A stretch of DNA of 64,000 nucleotides from Octopus bimaculoides. Its lineage: Eukaryota. The translations under genes and the position numbers were made by a program. Of the stretch, positions 63,753-64,000 are shown piece by piece. The stretch spans positions 6,163,069-6,227,068 of the forward strand of contig NC_068986.1 in the NCBI RefSeq assembly GCF_001194135.2, read 5' to 3'. Numbering within the stretch: the first letter of the stretch is position 1; every line of letters begins with the position of its first letter. The notes below the pieces were generated by a model that saw only the letters and a list, made by a program, of their open reading frames with translations, was not told where the DNA came from and did not search any database.

Positions 63753-64000
63753 TTAAAATAGATAGTCTTTGATTAATTTTGAACATAATAAGTAATTTGT
63801 TAAAACGAGTTTGTTATTATTAAGTTTGTGTTTGGAATAGAAATTAGTATGAAGTTTTGATGCACTACCAGGTCTGGGAATTGAAACCACAATCTTGTGA
63901 TCATGAGTACAATACCCTAACTCTCAGGCCATGCTTCATCACATGTAAAGTGTTTATTGGGGATTAGTTAAAACAATTATACCCAATCCTTCATAAATTT

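Overview
AT-rich, repeat-saturated eukaryotic draft scaffold with ten N-gaps totalling about 2.4 kb. The SINE families, RTE LINEs with (GAT)n tails and microsatellite load resemble an octopod cephalopod genome; this is an inference from repeat style. I found no intact host gene, rRNA, true tRNA or CRISPR array. Most ORFs in the supplied track are microsatellite read-throughs. The recognisable coding material is transposon-derived: a near full-length cecropia-type mariner (20219-21412), a deleted Tc1-like DUF4817-type element, RTE, R4/Dong-like, L1/Tx1-like and CR1/Jockey-like LINE fragments, and several Penelope-like (PLE) fragments, some with hammerhead ribozyme motifs. There are also piggyBac-like and hAT MITEs and four tRNA-derived SINE families, labelled A-D here. 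The most notable structure is a complete non-autonomous LTR element at 57039-59058 (two LTRs, PBS-like site, PPT, 5-bp TSD) whose interior is mostly a PLE GIY-YIG fragment carrying a ~185-aa Asn-rich insert. Also notable are a twin-priming-type 5' inversion in an RTE LINE, a similar inversion in a PLE, long hairpins, and CpG decay suggesting the window lies in a methylated gene body. Two weak minus-strand exon candidates are noted. All alignments and identities were judged by eye.
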